Below, piece by piece: positions 14,896 through 28,770 of a stretch of DNA of 64,000 nucleotides. This stretch comes from the human T2T-CHM13v2.0 reference genome, Homo sapiens. Each line of letters begins with the position of its first letter. Within the stretch, counting starts at the first letter, position 1. The stretch is from NCBI GenBank assembly GCA_009914755.4, contig CP068257.2:8928001-8992000 (forward strand), written 5' to 3'. The notes under the pieces are model-generated. The model had not been told where the DNA came from, ran no database searches, and saw only the letters and a list, made by a program, of their open reading frames with translations. Both the position numbers and the translations under genes were made by a program.

Positions 14896-15482
14896 CCATT
14901 CCAGTTTTTCCATTCCATTAGAATCCATTCCATTCCATTGCATTGCATTCCATTCCATTCCATTCCTTTCCATTCCATTCGGGTTCATTCTATTCCATTC
15001 ATTCGAGCCCATTGCATTCCACTCAAGTCCTTTCCATTCCATTCCATTCGCGTCCATTACATTTCATTCCATTCTATTCGAACCCATTCCATTCCATTCT
15101 ATTTGAGACCATCCATTCCATTCCATTGCATTCAATTTGTGTCCATTCCATTTGTGTCCATTCCATTGCATTCCATTCCATTCGTTTCCATTCCATTCTA
15201 TTCCGTTCGCATCCATTCAATTCCATTCCATTAAATTCGAGTACATTCCATTCCATTCCATTCCACCCGAGTTGATTCCATTCCATTCCATTCCATTTGC
15301 GTCCTTTCCATTCCATTCGACTTCATTCCATTCCATTCCATTCGAGTCCATTCCATTCCTTTGCACTCCATTCCATTCCATTCCATTCTACTCCATTCCA
15401 TTCCATTCTATTCCATTCCTTTCAATTCCATTCCATTCCATTCCATTCGTTTCTAGTCCGTTCAACTCCATTCCATTCCATT

Positions 15483-15590
15483 TGAGTCCATTCCATTCGA
15501 GTCCATTTCAATTGCATTCCAATCCATCTGTGTGTAATAAATTCCATTCCATTCGAGTCCGTTTCAATTGCGTTCCAGTCCATTTATGTG
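15483..15590 (+). repeat. Tandem duplication (about 50 bp x 2) of an atypical, non-pentameric unit: GAGTCCATTTCAATTGCATTCCAATCCATCTGTGTGTAATAAATTCC / GAGTCCGTTTCAATTGCGTTCCAGTCCATTTATGTGCAATCCATTCC.
   Basis: Direct reading. G-containing, AT-rich, non-CATTC sequence (CATCTGTGTGTAATAAA) that is unusual for this array and duplicated in tandem with divergence. Confidence 0.7.
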
Positions 15591-18500
15591 CAATCCATTC
15601 CATTCCATTCCATTCCTTTAGAGTACATTCCATTCAAATCAATTCCATTCCATTTGAGTGCATTCCATTCAATTCCATTCCATTCGAGTCCATTCCATTT
15701 TATTCCATTATATTCCATTCCATTCCATTCCTTTACATTCTTGTCCATTCCATTCCATGCCATTCTACTCCCCTTCATTCTATTACATTACATTCCTTTG
15801 GAGTCTATTCAATTCCATTCCATTCCACTCCAGTCCATTCCTCTCCACTCCTTTCGTGTCTATTCCATTCCTTTCCATTCCATTCGAGTCCATTCCATTC
15901 TCTTCCATTCGAGTCCATTCCATTCCATTCTATTCACGTCCTTTCCATTCCATTCCAATCCATTCCATTCGGGTCTATTTGATTCCATTCCAATCCAATC
16001 CATTCTGGTCCATTCAATTATATTCCATTCGAGTCCACTCCATTCCATTCCATTCCATTACATTATTTTCCAATCAATTTGATGCAATTAATTCCCATTT
16101 GAGCCCATTCCGTTACATTGGAGTCCATTTCATTACATTCCATTACATTCCTTTTGAGTCCATTCCGTTCCATTCAAGTCCATTCCATTTCGTTCCATCT
16201 CATTCCAATTCATTCCATTCCATTCCATTTCATTCCATTCCACTCCATTTGGTTCCATTCCTTTCCATTCCATTCGAGTCCATTCCATTCCATTCGAGTC
16301 CATTCCAATACATTACGTTCGAGTCCATTCCATTCAATTCCATTCCTTTCTATTCCATTCCATTCCTTTCGAGACCATTCCATTCCATTCTATTGCATTC
16401 GCGTCCAACCAATTCTATTCCATTCCATTGCAGTCCAATCGGGTCCATTCCATTCCGTTCCATACTAATACGCTCCACTGCATTCAACTTCATTCCAGTC
16501 CCTTCCATTCCATTCCATTTCACTCGAGTCTGTTTGATTCCATTCCATTCCATTCGAGTCCATTCCATTCAACTCCTTTACATTCAATTCTTTTCCATTC
16601 CCTTCTATTCCATTTGATTCCATTCCATTTCATTCCATTCGTGTGTATACCATTCCATTCCATTCCATTTGGGTCCGTTCCATTCTATTTCATTTGGGTC
16701 CATTCCACTACATTGCATTTCTTTCCATTCCACTCCATTCCATTGCATCCACTCAAGTCGATTCCATTCCATTCAATTCCATTCCAGTCCATTCCATTAC
16801 ATTTGAGTACATTCCATTCCATTCCATTCGAGTCCATTCTATTTCACTAAATTTCTTTCAAGTGCATTCAAGTGCATTCCATTCGAGTCCATTCCATTCC
16901 ATACCATTCTTTTCCATTCCTTTCCATTGTATTCCATTCCATTCCATTCCATTCGGGTCAATTCAATTCCATTCATTTCGAGTCCATTCCATTCAATTCC
17001 ATTACATTCAAGTCCCTTTCATTCCATTCCCTTCAGTTCCATTCCATTCCATTAAATTCCTCTCCATTCCATTCCATTGCATTCCTTTCGTGTCCATTCC
17101 ATTCCATTCCATTCTTTTCCATTCACGTGCATTCCATTCCATACCAATCCTTTCCATTCCATTGCATTCTATTCCATTCCATTCCATTCGTGTCCATTCC
17201 ATTCCATTCCTTTCTAGTCCATTCTATTCCATTCCTTTCTAGAACATTCAATTCAATTCCATTCCATTCAAGTTTATTCCATTCGATTCGTTTCCATTTA
17301 ATTCCATTCCATTCCATACGTTTTGAGTCCATTCCATTCCATTCAAGTCCATTCCATTCCCTTACATCTCATTCCATTCCATTCCATTCCGTTCCATTCC
17401 ATTCCATTCCATTCCAATCAATTCGGGTCCATTCCTTTCTATTCCATTCGAGTCCATTCCATTGAATTCCAGTCCATTCCATTCCAATCCATTCCATTCC
17501 ATTTCATTCGAGTCCCTTCCATTCCATTCCATTCTATTGCATTCGAGTCCATTCCATTCCTTTCCATTCTATTCGAGTCCATTCCATTCCTTTCCATTCC
17601 ATTCGAGTCCATTCGATTCAATTCCATTCCATTCCATTCAAATAAGGTCCATTCCATTCCATTCAATTCCATTCTAGTATACTCCACTGCATTCAATTTC
17701 ATTCCAGTCCATTCCAATCCTTTGCATTCGACTCTAATCAGTTCGATTCCATTCCATTCAATTCGAGTCAATTCCATTCAATTCCATTCCATTTGATTCC
17801 TTTCTATTCCTTTCTATTCCATTCGAGTCCATTCCATTACATTCAATTCATGCCCATTCCATTCCTTTCCATTCCATTCGTGTGTTTTCCTTTCCACACC
17901 ATTCTATTGAAGTCCATTACATTCCATTGTATTACATTCTAATCCATTCCCTTCCATTCCATTCCATTCGGGTCCATTGATTTCAACTCCATTCAGGTCA
18001 ATTCCATTCCATTCCATTCGAATCCATTCCATTCCACACCATTCCAATACATTCCATTCACTTGCATTCGAGTCCACTCCATTCCATTCCACTCCATTCC
18101 ATTCCACTCCATTCCATTCCATTCCGTTACATTGCAGTACATTCAATTCCATTCGAATCCATTGCATTCCAATCTATTCGTGGCATTCCATTCCAATGCA
18201 TTCCATTCCTTTTGAGTCCATTCCATTCAAATCCATTCCATTCCATTTGAGTCCATTCCATTCGATTCCACACCATGCGAGTCCATTCCATTCCATTCCA
18301 TTCCATTCCATTCCATTCCATTCCATTCCATTCCTTTCCGTTCCATTATATTCCATTCCATTCCTTTACATTACATTCTTCTCCATTCCATTCCATTCCA
18401 TTGCATTCGACTCCACTGCATTTCATTTCATTCCATTCCACTGGAGTCCATTCAATTCCATTCCATTCCACTCCAGTCCATTCCAGTCCCCTCCATTCAG

Positions 18501-18765
18501 GTCCATTCCATTCCTCTCCATTCCCTTCGAGTCCATTCAATTCTCTTCCTTTCGAGTCCATTACATTCCACTCCATTCGAGTCCATTCCATTACAATACA
18601 TTCCATTCGAGTCCATTCAGTTCCATTCATTTCGAGTCCATTCCATTCCATTACATTCTATTCCATTCAAGTCCATTCCATTCCATTCCATAATATTCCT
18701 TTCCATTCCATTCCATTCCATTCAGGTCCATTCAATTCCATTCCTTTCCGGTCCACTCCGTTTCA

Positions 18766-18836
18766 TTCCATTCCATTCCATTCCATTCCATTCCATTCCA
18801 TTCCATTCCATTCCATTCCATTCCATTCAATTGCTT
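18766..18836 (+). repeat. Pure (CATTC)14 run. Other pure runs of 9-13 units lie at about 3,383-3,430, 23,997-24,046, 29,816-29,872, 38,838-38,885 and 42,105-42,168.
   Basis: Uninterrupted CATTCCATTCC.. with no variant positions. Confidence 0.85.
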
Positions 18837-21800
18837 TCCTTTCGAGTCCATTCCTTTCCATTCCATTCTGTTCCATTCAAGTCCTTTTGATTCCATACGT
18901 TTCCGTTCCATTCCATTCCATTCCATTCGTGTCCATTCCATTCGAGTCCTTTAAATTCCATTACATTCAATTCCAATGAATTCCAGTTCATTCTATTCAA
19001 GTCCATTACCTTCCATTCTATTCGATTCCATTCCATTCCAATCCAATCCATTCCATTCGGGTCTATTCCATTCCATTCCAATCCATTCCTTTCAGGTCCA
19101 TTCAATTCCATTCCATTCGAGTCCATTCGATTCCATTCCATTCCATTTAATTACATTCCTTTCTCGTCCATTCCATTCAATTAAATTCAATTCAAGCCCA
19201 TTCCATTACATTCGAGTTCCATTTTATTACATTCCATTCCATTCCTTTTGAGACCATTCCGTTCCATTCAAGTCCATTCCATTCCGTTTCATCTCATTCC
19301 ATTCCATTCCATTCCATTCCATTCCATTCCATTCGGTTCCATTCCTTTCCATTCCATTAGAGTCCATTCCATTCCATTCGAGTGCATTCCAATACATTCC
19401 GTTCGAGCCAATTCCATTCAATTCCATTCGATTCGATTCCATTCCATTCCTTTCGAGTCCATTCCATTTCATTCCCTTCCATTCCATTCCATTCCACTCT
19501 AGTCTGTTCGATGCCATTCCATTCCATTCAACTCCATTCCATTCAATTCCTGTCCATTCGATTCTTTTGCCTTCCCTTCTATTCCATTCGATTCCATTCC
19601 ATTCCATTACATTCCAGTCCATTCCATTACATTCGAGTACATTCCATTCCATTCCATTCCATTCTATTCCAATAAATTCCTTTCGAGAGCATTCAATTTA
19701 GATGCATTCCATTCGAGTCCATTCCATTCTATTCCATTCGACTCCATTCTATTCCATACCATTCCGCTTCGTTCCTTTCCATTCCATTCCATTCCATTCC
19801 TTTCTATTCCATTCCATTGTATTCGGGTCCATTCAATTAAATTCCTTTCGAGTCCATTTCATTCAATGCCATTCCATTCAAGTCCTTTATATTCCACACC
19901 TGTCTGTTCCGTTCCATTCTATTACGTTCCATTCCGTTCCATTCCATTCCATTCTATTGATTTCGAGTTCAATCCATTCCATTCCTTTCTGTTCCATTCA
20001 TGTCCATTCCATTCCATTCAATTCCGTTCCTTTCCATTCCATTCCATGCTTTTCCATTCCTTTTGTGTTCATTCCATTCCATTCCATTCGAGCCCATTAC
20101 ATTCCTTTCCTAACCATTTGATTCCAGTCCATTCAATTCCATTTGATTCGAGTCCATTTCTTTCAATTTTATTAGATTCCTTTCCATTCCAATCCAATCC
20201 ATTCCATTCGGGTCCATTCCATTCCATGCTAATCCTTTAGGTTCCAGTTCTTTCCATTCCATTTTATTCAGTTCCATTCCATTCCATTCCATTCTATTTG
20301 AGTCCATTCCATTCCATTCCAATAAATTCCATTCAGGTCAATTCCATACCATTCCAGTCTACTCCATTCGGGTCTTTTCAATTTCATTCCTTTCTAGTCC
20401 AATCCATTCCATTCCATTCCATTCCATTCCATTCAATTCCATTCCATTCCATTCTGTTCCGTTCCGTTCCATTCCATTCCATTCCATTCCATTTAATTCA
20501 TATCTAGTCCATTCGATTCTATTCCATTCCATTTGAGTCCATTCCATTCCATTCGAGTCCACTTAATGCCATTCCATTCCATTCCATTCCATTCCTTTTG
20601 AGTCCATTCCATTCCCTTCCTTTAAATTCCATTCCATTCCATTCCATTCCATTCCATTCCATTCCATTCGGGTCCATTCCTTTCCATCCTATTCGATCCA
20701 TTCCATTCCATTCGAGTCCATTCTATTATATTCTGTTCCAGTCAGGTTCATTAAATTCCATTCCATTCGATGCCAATCCATTCCATTGCAGTCCATTCTA
20801 TTCCACTCGAGTCCTATCTGTTCAATTCCATTCCATTCCAGTCCATTCTATTCAATTTTATTAAATTCGATTCGATTCGATTCCATTCCATTCCATTCCA
20901 TTCCATTCCATTAGGGTCCCTTCCATTCCATGTCATTTAGGTCCATTCCACTACATTCCATTTCTTTCGAGTCCATTTCATTTCATTCCATTCCACTTGA
21001 GTCGCTTCCATTCCATTCCATTCCATTGCATTCCACTCGATTCCATTCCATTACATTCCTTTCTATTGGAGTCCAATCCATTCTATTCCATTCCTTTCGC
21101 GTCCATTCCCTTCTGTTCCATTTCATTCGAAGCCATTCCATTCCCTTACATTCACGTCCATTCCATTGCATTCCATTCCATTCCTTTCGAGACCATTCCA
21201 TTCTATTCCATTCCATTAAATTCCATTCAAATCCACTCCATTAAAGTCCATTTCATTCCACTCCATTCCATTAGAGTCCGTTACATTCTATTCCACTCGA
21301 GTCCATTCTATTCCAAAACAATGAAGTCCATTCCATTCCATGCATTTCCATTCCATTCCATTCGAGTACATTCAATTCCATCCCTTTCGAGTCCATTCTA
21401 TTCCATTATATTCCATTCCATTCGAGTCAATTCCCTTCCATACCATTCCGTTCCATTCCATTCCACTCCATTCCACTCCATTCCATTCCATTCCAATCCT
21501 TTCCATTCCATTCCATTCCAATCCATTCCATTCCATTAGAGTCCATTCCATTTCATTCCATTCGCGTCCATTCCATTGCATTCCATTTTATTCCTTTCGA
21601 AACCATTCCATTCCATTCCGTTGGATTCCATTCCATTCCATTCCATTCCATTCGATTTCCCTCCATTCCATTCTATTCCAAATGAGTCCATTCCATTCTA
21701 TTCCATTCGAGTCCATTAAATCCTATCCCATTAGATTCCATTTCATTAGTGTCCATTCAATTATATTCCATTTAATTCCATTCGAGTCCATTAAATTCCA

Positions 21801-24800
21801 TTCCATTCCATTCCATTCCATTCCATTCCCTTTGAGTCCATTCTATTCCAGTCCATTCCATTCCGGTCCATTTTCCCATTCCTTTCCATTCCATTCCATT
21901 CTGATCCCTTGAATTCCATTCCATTGGAGTCCATTCCATTCCATTCGAGTTCATTCAATGACATTCCATTCGAGTTCATTCCATTCCGTTTGAGTCCTTT
22001 CCATCACATTCCATTTGAGTTCATTTCATTCCACTCCATTCCGTTCGATTCCATTCCATTCTTTTCCATTCGAGTCCATTCCATTCGATTCCATTCAAGT
22101 CCATTCCATTCCATTCTATTCCTTTTGAGTCCATACCATTCCATTCTTTTCGAGTCTATTCCATTCCAACCCATTCCATTCGAGGCCATTCCATTCCATT
22201 CCAGTCCTTTTGAGTCCATTCCAATCCATTCCATTTGACTCTATTCCACTCATTTCTATTCCATTTATGTCCATTCCATTCCATTTCATTCGAGTCTATT
22301 CCATTGCATTTCATTCCATTCAAGTCCATTCCATTACATTCCTTTTGAGTCCATCTCATTGCATTGCATTCCATTTCTTTCGAGTTCATTCAATTCCATT
22401 TCATTGCATTCCATTCCATTCGTGTCCATTCCATTCTATTCCTTTTGATTCCGTTCCATTCCATTCCATTAGAGTCCCTTCCCTTAAATTCAGTTGAATT
22501 CCATTACAGTCCATTCCATTTCACTCCTTTTGAGTCCATTCCATTCCATTCGAGACTATTCAATTCCATTCCTTTCGAGTCCATTGCATTCCATTCTATT
22601 TCATTCAATTCTATTTCTTTCCATACCATTCCGTTCAATTGCTTTCCATTCCGTTCAATTCTTTTCCACTCCATTCCATTCCATTTCATTTGTATCCATT
22701 CCGTTCCATTCCATTCCATTCCATTCCATTCCATTCTGTTCGATTCCAGTTTATTCCATTCCATTCTATTCGAGTACAATCCATTCCATTCTATTAGACT
22801 CCATTTCATTCCATTCCAATCCATTCTGTTCGGGTCCACACCATTCCATTCAATTCGAGTCCATTCCATTCCATGCCATTCCATTCCATTTCATTCCATT
22901 AGTATCCATTTCATTCCATTCCATTCCATTCCATTCGATACCATTCTATTCCTCTACATTCCATTCCATTCTACTCCATTCAATTCCATTCCATTACATT
23001 CAAGTCCATTCAATTCCATTCGAGTCCATTTCTTAACGTTCCATTCCATTCCTTTTGAGTCCTTTCCATTCCATTCAAGTCTATTCCATTCCGTTTTATA
23101 TAATTCCATTCCATTGCATTCCATTTCATTCCATTGCATTCCATTCCATTCTTTTGCATTCAATTTCATTCGGGTCCATTCCATTCCATAGCATTCGATT
23201 CCATTCCATTCGATTCCATTCCATTCCTCTCCATTCCATTCGAGTCCGTTGCACTCTTTTCCATTCTATTCCATTGTATTTAAATACATTCAAGTGCATT
23301 CCATTCCATTCCATGCCTGTCCTTTCCATTCCATTCGAATAAATTCACTTCCATTCCTTTCAAGTCCATTTGATTCCATTCCATTCTATGCCATTTAAGT
23401 CCATTCGATTCCATACAATTCTTTTCCATTCCATTCCACTCCATTCCATTCGATTCCATTCCATTCCATTCCATTCCACTCCACTCCCTTCCATTCCATT
23501 CCTTTCCCTTCCATTCCATTCCATTCCATTCAATTCCTTTCAATTGATGTCCATTACATTCCAATCCATTCGTGTGCTCTCCATTCCATTCCATTCCATT
23601 CGAGTCCGATCCATTCCAATCTATTCCATTCCATTTGAGTCCATTCCATTGAAATCAATTCCATTCAAGTCCATTCCATTCCATTCCATTCGTGTCCATT
23701 CCGTTCCATTCCATTCGAGTCCATTCCATTCTCTTCCATTCCACTCGATTCCAGTCTATTCCATTCCATTCTATTCCAGTCTATTCCATTCAATTATATT
23801 CAAGTTGAATCCATTCCAAACCATTGGATTCCATTCCATTCTGTTCCATTCCATTCGATTCCAGTCTATTCCTTTCCATTCTGTTCCAGTCTATTCCATT
23901 CCATTCTATTCAAGTCAAATCCATTTCATTCTATTTGAATCCATTCTATTCCATTCCAACGCATTCCATTCGGTTCCATTCCATTCCATTCAAATCGATT
24001 CCATTCCATTCCATTCCATTCCATTCCATTCCATTCCATTCCATTCCTTTCTAGTCCATTCAATTCCATACCATTTCTCTCGATTCCATTCCATTTCATT
24101 CGAGTCCATTTCTTAACGTTCCATTCCATTCAATTTATGTACTTTCCATTCCATTCAAGTCCATTCCATTCCATTGCATTCCATTCCATTCGGGTCCATT
24201 CCATTCCATTGCATTTAATTCCATTCCATTCCATTCAGATCCATTCCTTTCCATTAGAGTCCATTCCATTCCTTTCCATTCCATTCCATTCCATTCGAGT
24301 CCTTTCCATTCCATTCCAGTCCATTGCATTCGGGTCCATTCCAATCCATTCCATTCTATTGCATTCCACTGTATTGAATTTCATTCCAGTCCTTTCCATT
24401 CCACTCGAGTCCTATCCATTCCATTCCATTCCATTAGAGTCCATTCTATTCAATTCCAATCCATTGGTTTTCATTCCATTCCGTTAGCGTCCATTCTATT
24501 CAATTCCATTCCATTCGTTTTCTTTCCATTCCATTCCGTTCCATTCCATTCCATTCCATTCGAATCCATTCCATTGTATTCCATCAATTCCATTCAATTC
24601 CAGTCCATTCGGGTCCCTTCCTTTCTATTTCATTTGGGTACATTCCATTGCATTCCTTTTCTTTCGAGTCCATTCCTTTCCATTCCATTCCATTCATGTC
24701 GATTCCCTTCCATTCCATTCCATTCGAGTACATTCCATTCCATTCGAATACATTCCTTTCCATTCCATTCCATTGGAGTCCATTCCATTCTATTCCATTC

Positions 24801-27579
24801 CATTTGAGTCCATTCCATTCCATTCCATTTCATTCGATTCCATTCCATTCCATTCCATTCGAGTCCATTCCATTCCAGTCCATTCTCGTGCATTCCATTG
24901 AATTCCATTCCACTCCTTTCAAGACCATGCCATTCCTTTCGAGTCTGTTCCATTCCATTCCATTCGAGTACATTCCATTCCATTCCATTCCAATCGAATC
25001 CATTCCATTCTATTCCATATGAGTCCATTCCATTCCATAACATTAGATTCAATTCCATTAGTTTCCATTCATTTGTATTCCATTCCATTCAAGTCCACGC
25101 CATTTCATTCAATTCCATTTCCTTCGAGCCAATGCCATTGCATTCCATTCCATTCCATTCCCTTCCCTTCCATTCCATTCCATTCCATTCTATTCCACTT
25201 CATTCCCTTCCATTGCATTTCATTCCATTCCATTACAATCCATTCCGGTCCATTCCTTTCCATTCGAGTCCATTCGATTACATTACATTCCAGTCCATTC
25301 CATTCCATTCGAGTCCATTCCATTAAATTCCATTCGAGTTCATTTCTTTCCACTCCATTCCATTGGATTCCATTCCATTCCGGTCCATTCCAATTCATTC
25401 CATTCCATTCCATTCTGTTCCATTCGAGGCCATTCCATTCCATTCGAGTCCATTCCAATCCATTCCATTCGAGTCCATTCCATTCCAGTCTATTCCATTT
25501 GAGTCCATTCCATTCCATTCTTTTCGATTCCATTCCATTCCAACCAATTTCATTCGTGTCCATTCCATTCCATTTCATTCGAATCAATTCCATTCCATTC
25601 CGTTCCATTGGAGTCCATTCCATTCCATTCCATTCGAATCCGTTCCATTCCATTCCTTTCGGTTCCATTCCATTCAGTTCAATTCCAGTCCATTCCATTC
25701 CATTTGGGTGCATTCCAATCCATTGCATTCCATTCCATTCCATTCGAGTCCATTTCATTCAATTCCATTCCGTTCCAGTCATTTCGATTGCATTCAATTC
25801 CATTTCATTTCACTCTGTTAGTGTCCACTCCATTCAATTCCATAAGAGTCCTTTGCATTCCATTCTATTCCATTTGAGTTCAATACATTCCATTCCATTC
25901 GAGTCCATTACATTCCAACCCATTTCATTTGAGTCCACTCCTTTCCATTCCATTCGAATCCATTCCATTCTGTTCCATTCCATTGGAGTCCTTTCCATTC
26001 CATTCCATTTGAGTATATTCCATTACATTCCATGCCATTTGTGTCCACTCCATTCAAGTCCATTTGAGTCAATTCCATTCCTTTCCTCTTGAGTCCATCC
26101 CATTGCATTCCATTCCATATAGTTCGAGTCCATTCAATTCCATTCCGTTCCATTCCAGTCCATTCCATTCCTTTCCCTTCGAGTCCATCTAATTGAATTC
26201 CATTCCATTGGAATCCATTCCGTTCTCTTCCTTTCGAGTCCGTTCCTTTCCATTCCATTAGAGTCCCTTCCCTTAAATTCAATTGAATTCCTTTCGAGTC
26301 CATTCCACCCCATTCCATTCTTATCCATTCCATTCCATTCGACCCTATTCACTTCCCTTCCTTTCAAGTCCATTCCATTCCATTCTATTTCATTCAAGTC
26401 CATTCCTTTCCATTCCATTCCATTCCGTTCATTTCCATTCCATTTGATTCCATTCCATTCCATTCATGTCCACTCCGTTCCATTCCTTTTGAGTCCAATA
26501 CATTCCATTCCATTCCGTTTGATTCCAGTCTATTCCATTCCTTTCTATTCGAGTCAAATCCACTCCATTCTATTTGAGTTTACTCCATTCCATTCCAATC
26601 CATTCCATGCGGGTCCATTCCATTCCATTCAATTCCAGTCCACTCAATTCTATTCCATTCCATTCCATTCCATTCCATTCCATTCCATTCCATTCAGGTC
26701 ACTTCCATTCTATTTCATTTGGATCCATTCCATTACATACCATTTCTTTAAAGGCCATTCCAATCCATTCCATTCCACTCGGGTCTATTCCATTCCATTC
26801 CATTCAGTTTGAGGCCATTCCATTCCTTTCCATTCCATTCGAGTCCATTCCATTCCATTCCATTCCATTCCATCCCATTCCATTCCATTCCATTCCATTC
26901 ATTTCGAGTGCATTCAATTCAGCTGCATTTCATTCGAATCTATTCCATTCCATTCCATTCTATTCCATTGGCGTCCATTAAATTCCATTCCCTTCCATTA
27001 GTGTCCATTCCATTACAATCCATTCGAATCCATTCCATTCCATTCCATTCCTTTCGAGTCCATTCCATTCCATTCCATGTTATTCTGTTCCGTTCTGTTC
27101 CATTTCATTCCATTCCATTCTATTTGTGTCCATTCCATTCCATTCCATTACAGTCCATTCCATTCCATTCTATTCGAGTCCATTCCATTCATTTCTATTC
27201 GAGTCCATTACACTCCGTTACAAGCCATTCCATTTGGATCAATAGCATTCCATTCTATTGGAGTACATTCCATTCCATTCCATTGAATTTCATTCCATTC
27301 CATTCTTTTCTAGTCCATTCGTTTCCATTCCATTCCATTCGGGTCCATTCCATTCCATTCAATTCCATTCCATTCCATTCCATTCCATTCCATTCCATTC
27401 GGGTTCCATCCATTCTATTTCATTTGTATCCTTTCCACTACATACCATTTCTTTCAAGGCCATTCCAATCCATTCCATTCCACTCAATTCAATTCCATTC
27501 CATTCCATTTGAGTCCATTCCATTCATTCCCATTCCATTCCATTCCATTCCATTCCATTCCATTCCATTCCACTCCATT

Positions 27580-27790
27580 CCATTCCACTCAATTCCATTC
27601 CATTCCACTCCACTCTACTCCCCTCTACTCGACTCTAATCCACCACATCCATTCCATTCCTTTTCATTCCACTGGATTCCATTCCATTCCACTCCACTCA
27701 ACTCCATTCCAATCCACTGCACTCCACTCCTTTCCATCCATTTCTAGTGCACTCTGACCGACTCCAAACAACTCCACTCCACTCCACTCT
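27580..27790. other. Junction between satellite subtypes I and II. It contains the least repeat-like sequence of the region (..TCTAGTGCACTCTGACCGACTCCAAACAACTCC..).
   Basis: Upstream of about 27.5 kb, TCGAGTCC / TCGGGTCC units are frequent. Downstream they disappear and CACTCC pentamers plus CGATGCC markers begin. The short atypical stretch at about 27,735-27,775 lies at the transition. Confidence 0.7.
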
Positions 27791-28539
27791 ATTCTCTTCC
27801 ACTCCGTTACATTATGTTCCGTTCCATTCCACTCCATTCCATTCCAATCCTCTCCATTCTATTCCATTCCAATGCTCTCCATTCCACTCCACTCCTTTTC
27901 ACTCCATTCCACTCCATTACACTCCATTCCACTCCATTCCATGCCATTCCACTCTTTTCCATTCCTGCCCACTCATTCGACCCAACTCCACTCCACTCCT
28001 TTTCATTCCATTCCACTCCATTCCACTCCACTCATTTCAATTCCTCCCCACTCCATTCCATTCTATTCCACACCACTCCACTCTACTTCATCGCATTTCA
28101 TTCAATTCAATTTAATGCTATTCGATTCCATTCTGTTCGATTCCATTCCATTCAAATTCATTACATTCGAGTCCAATCCGTTTTAGTCCATTCCATTCCT
28201 GTCTATTCCATTTGAGAACCCATTCCATTCCATTCCACTCCACTCCCTTCCGTTTCTCTCCACTCCATTCCATTCCACTCCATTACACTTCACTCCACTT
28301 CACGGCATTCCATTCGATTCCATTCGTTGCCATTCGATTCCATTCCATTCGATTGCATTCCTATTGATTCCAGTACATTTGATTCATTTCCGTTCGATTC
28401 CATTCGATTCAATTACATAAAATTCTGTTTCATTCCATTCAAATCCATTCCTTTCCATTCCATTCCATTGCGTTCAATTCCATTCCATTGCATTCCATTC
28501 CATTCGATTCCATTCCATTCCACTCCATTCCATTCCATT

Positions 28540-28770
28540 CCATCACATTCCATTCGATTCCATTCCATTCGAGTGCATTACTTTCCAGTCAGTTGCATTC
28601 AATTCCATTTGATTCGATTCCATTCCATTCCATCTCATTCCATTCGATTCCATTCCATTCCAGTCAGTTGCATTCGAATCCATTTGATTCGATCCCATTC
28701 CATTCCATCTCATTCCATTCGATTCCATTCCATTCCAGTGCATTACATTCCAGTCAGTTGCATTGGATTC
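28540..28770 (+). repeat. Sub-repeat of about 80-90 bp x 3 within a subtype II module, marked by ..CATTCCAGTCAGTTGCATTC(A/G)(A/G)ATCCATTTGATTCGAT(T/C)CCATTCCATTCCATCTCATTCCATTCGATTCC..
   Basis: CCAGTCAGTTGCATT recurs at about 28,584, 28,661 and 28,751. ORF 28327..29037 shows a repeated peptide block ([15 protein letters not shown](S/H)..). Confidence 0.7.

Larger units (their letters stand above)
1..27580 (+). repeat. Satellite array, HSat3-like subtype I: (CATTC)n with frequent TCGAGTCC / TCGGGTCC / TTTGAGTCC variant units; the + strand carries the C-rich CATTC strand and the - strand is (GGAAT)n.
   Basis: CATTCCATTCC is visible throughout. CATTCGAGTCCATTCC recurs every few tens of bp. The 5-bp periodicity shows as HSIPF-type pentapeptides in every + ORF and MEWNG in every - ORF. 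The + strand is G-poor. Confidence 0.9.

Noticed and set aside
15520-15545. AATAAA hexamer (polyadenylation-signal-like) in the atypical insert CATCTGTGTGTAATAAATTCC.
   Set aside because: It is an isolated hexamer in AT-rich, non-genic satellite context with no upstream transcript evidence, and is expected by chance.
1-27580. Assignment to a specific locus (for example Yq12 DYZ1 3.56-kb repeat, 9q12) based on TaqI-like TCGA sites and GGCC (HaeIII) sites.
   Set aside because: GGCC sites seen (for example about 3,517, 4,190, 22,185, 25,430, 26,757, 26,813 and 27,462) are irregularly spaced and show no 3.56-kb periodicity. The chromosome or sub-family cannot be determined without alignment to a complete reference.
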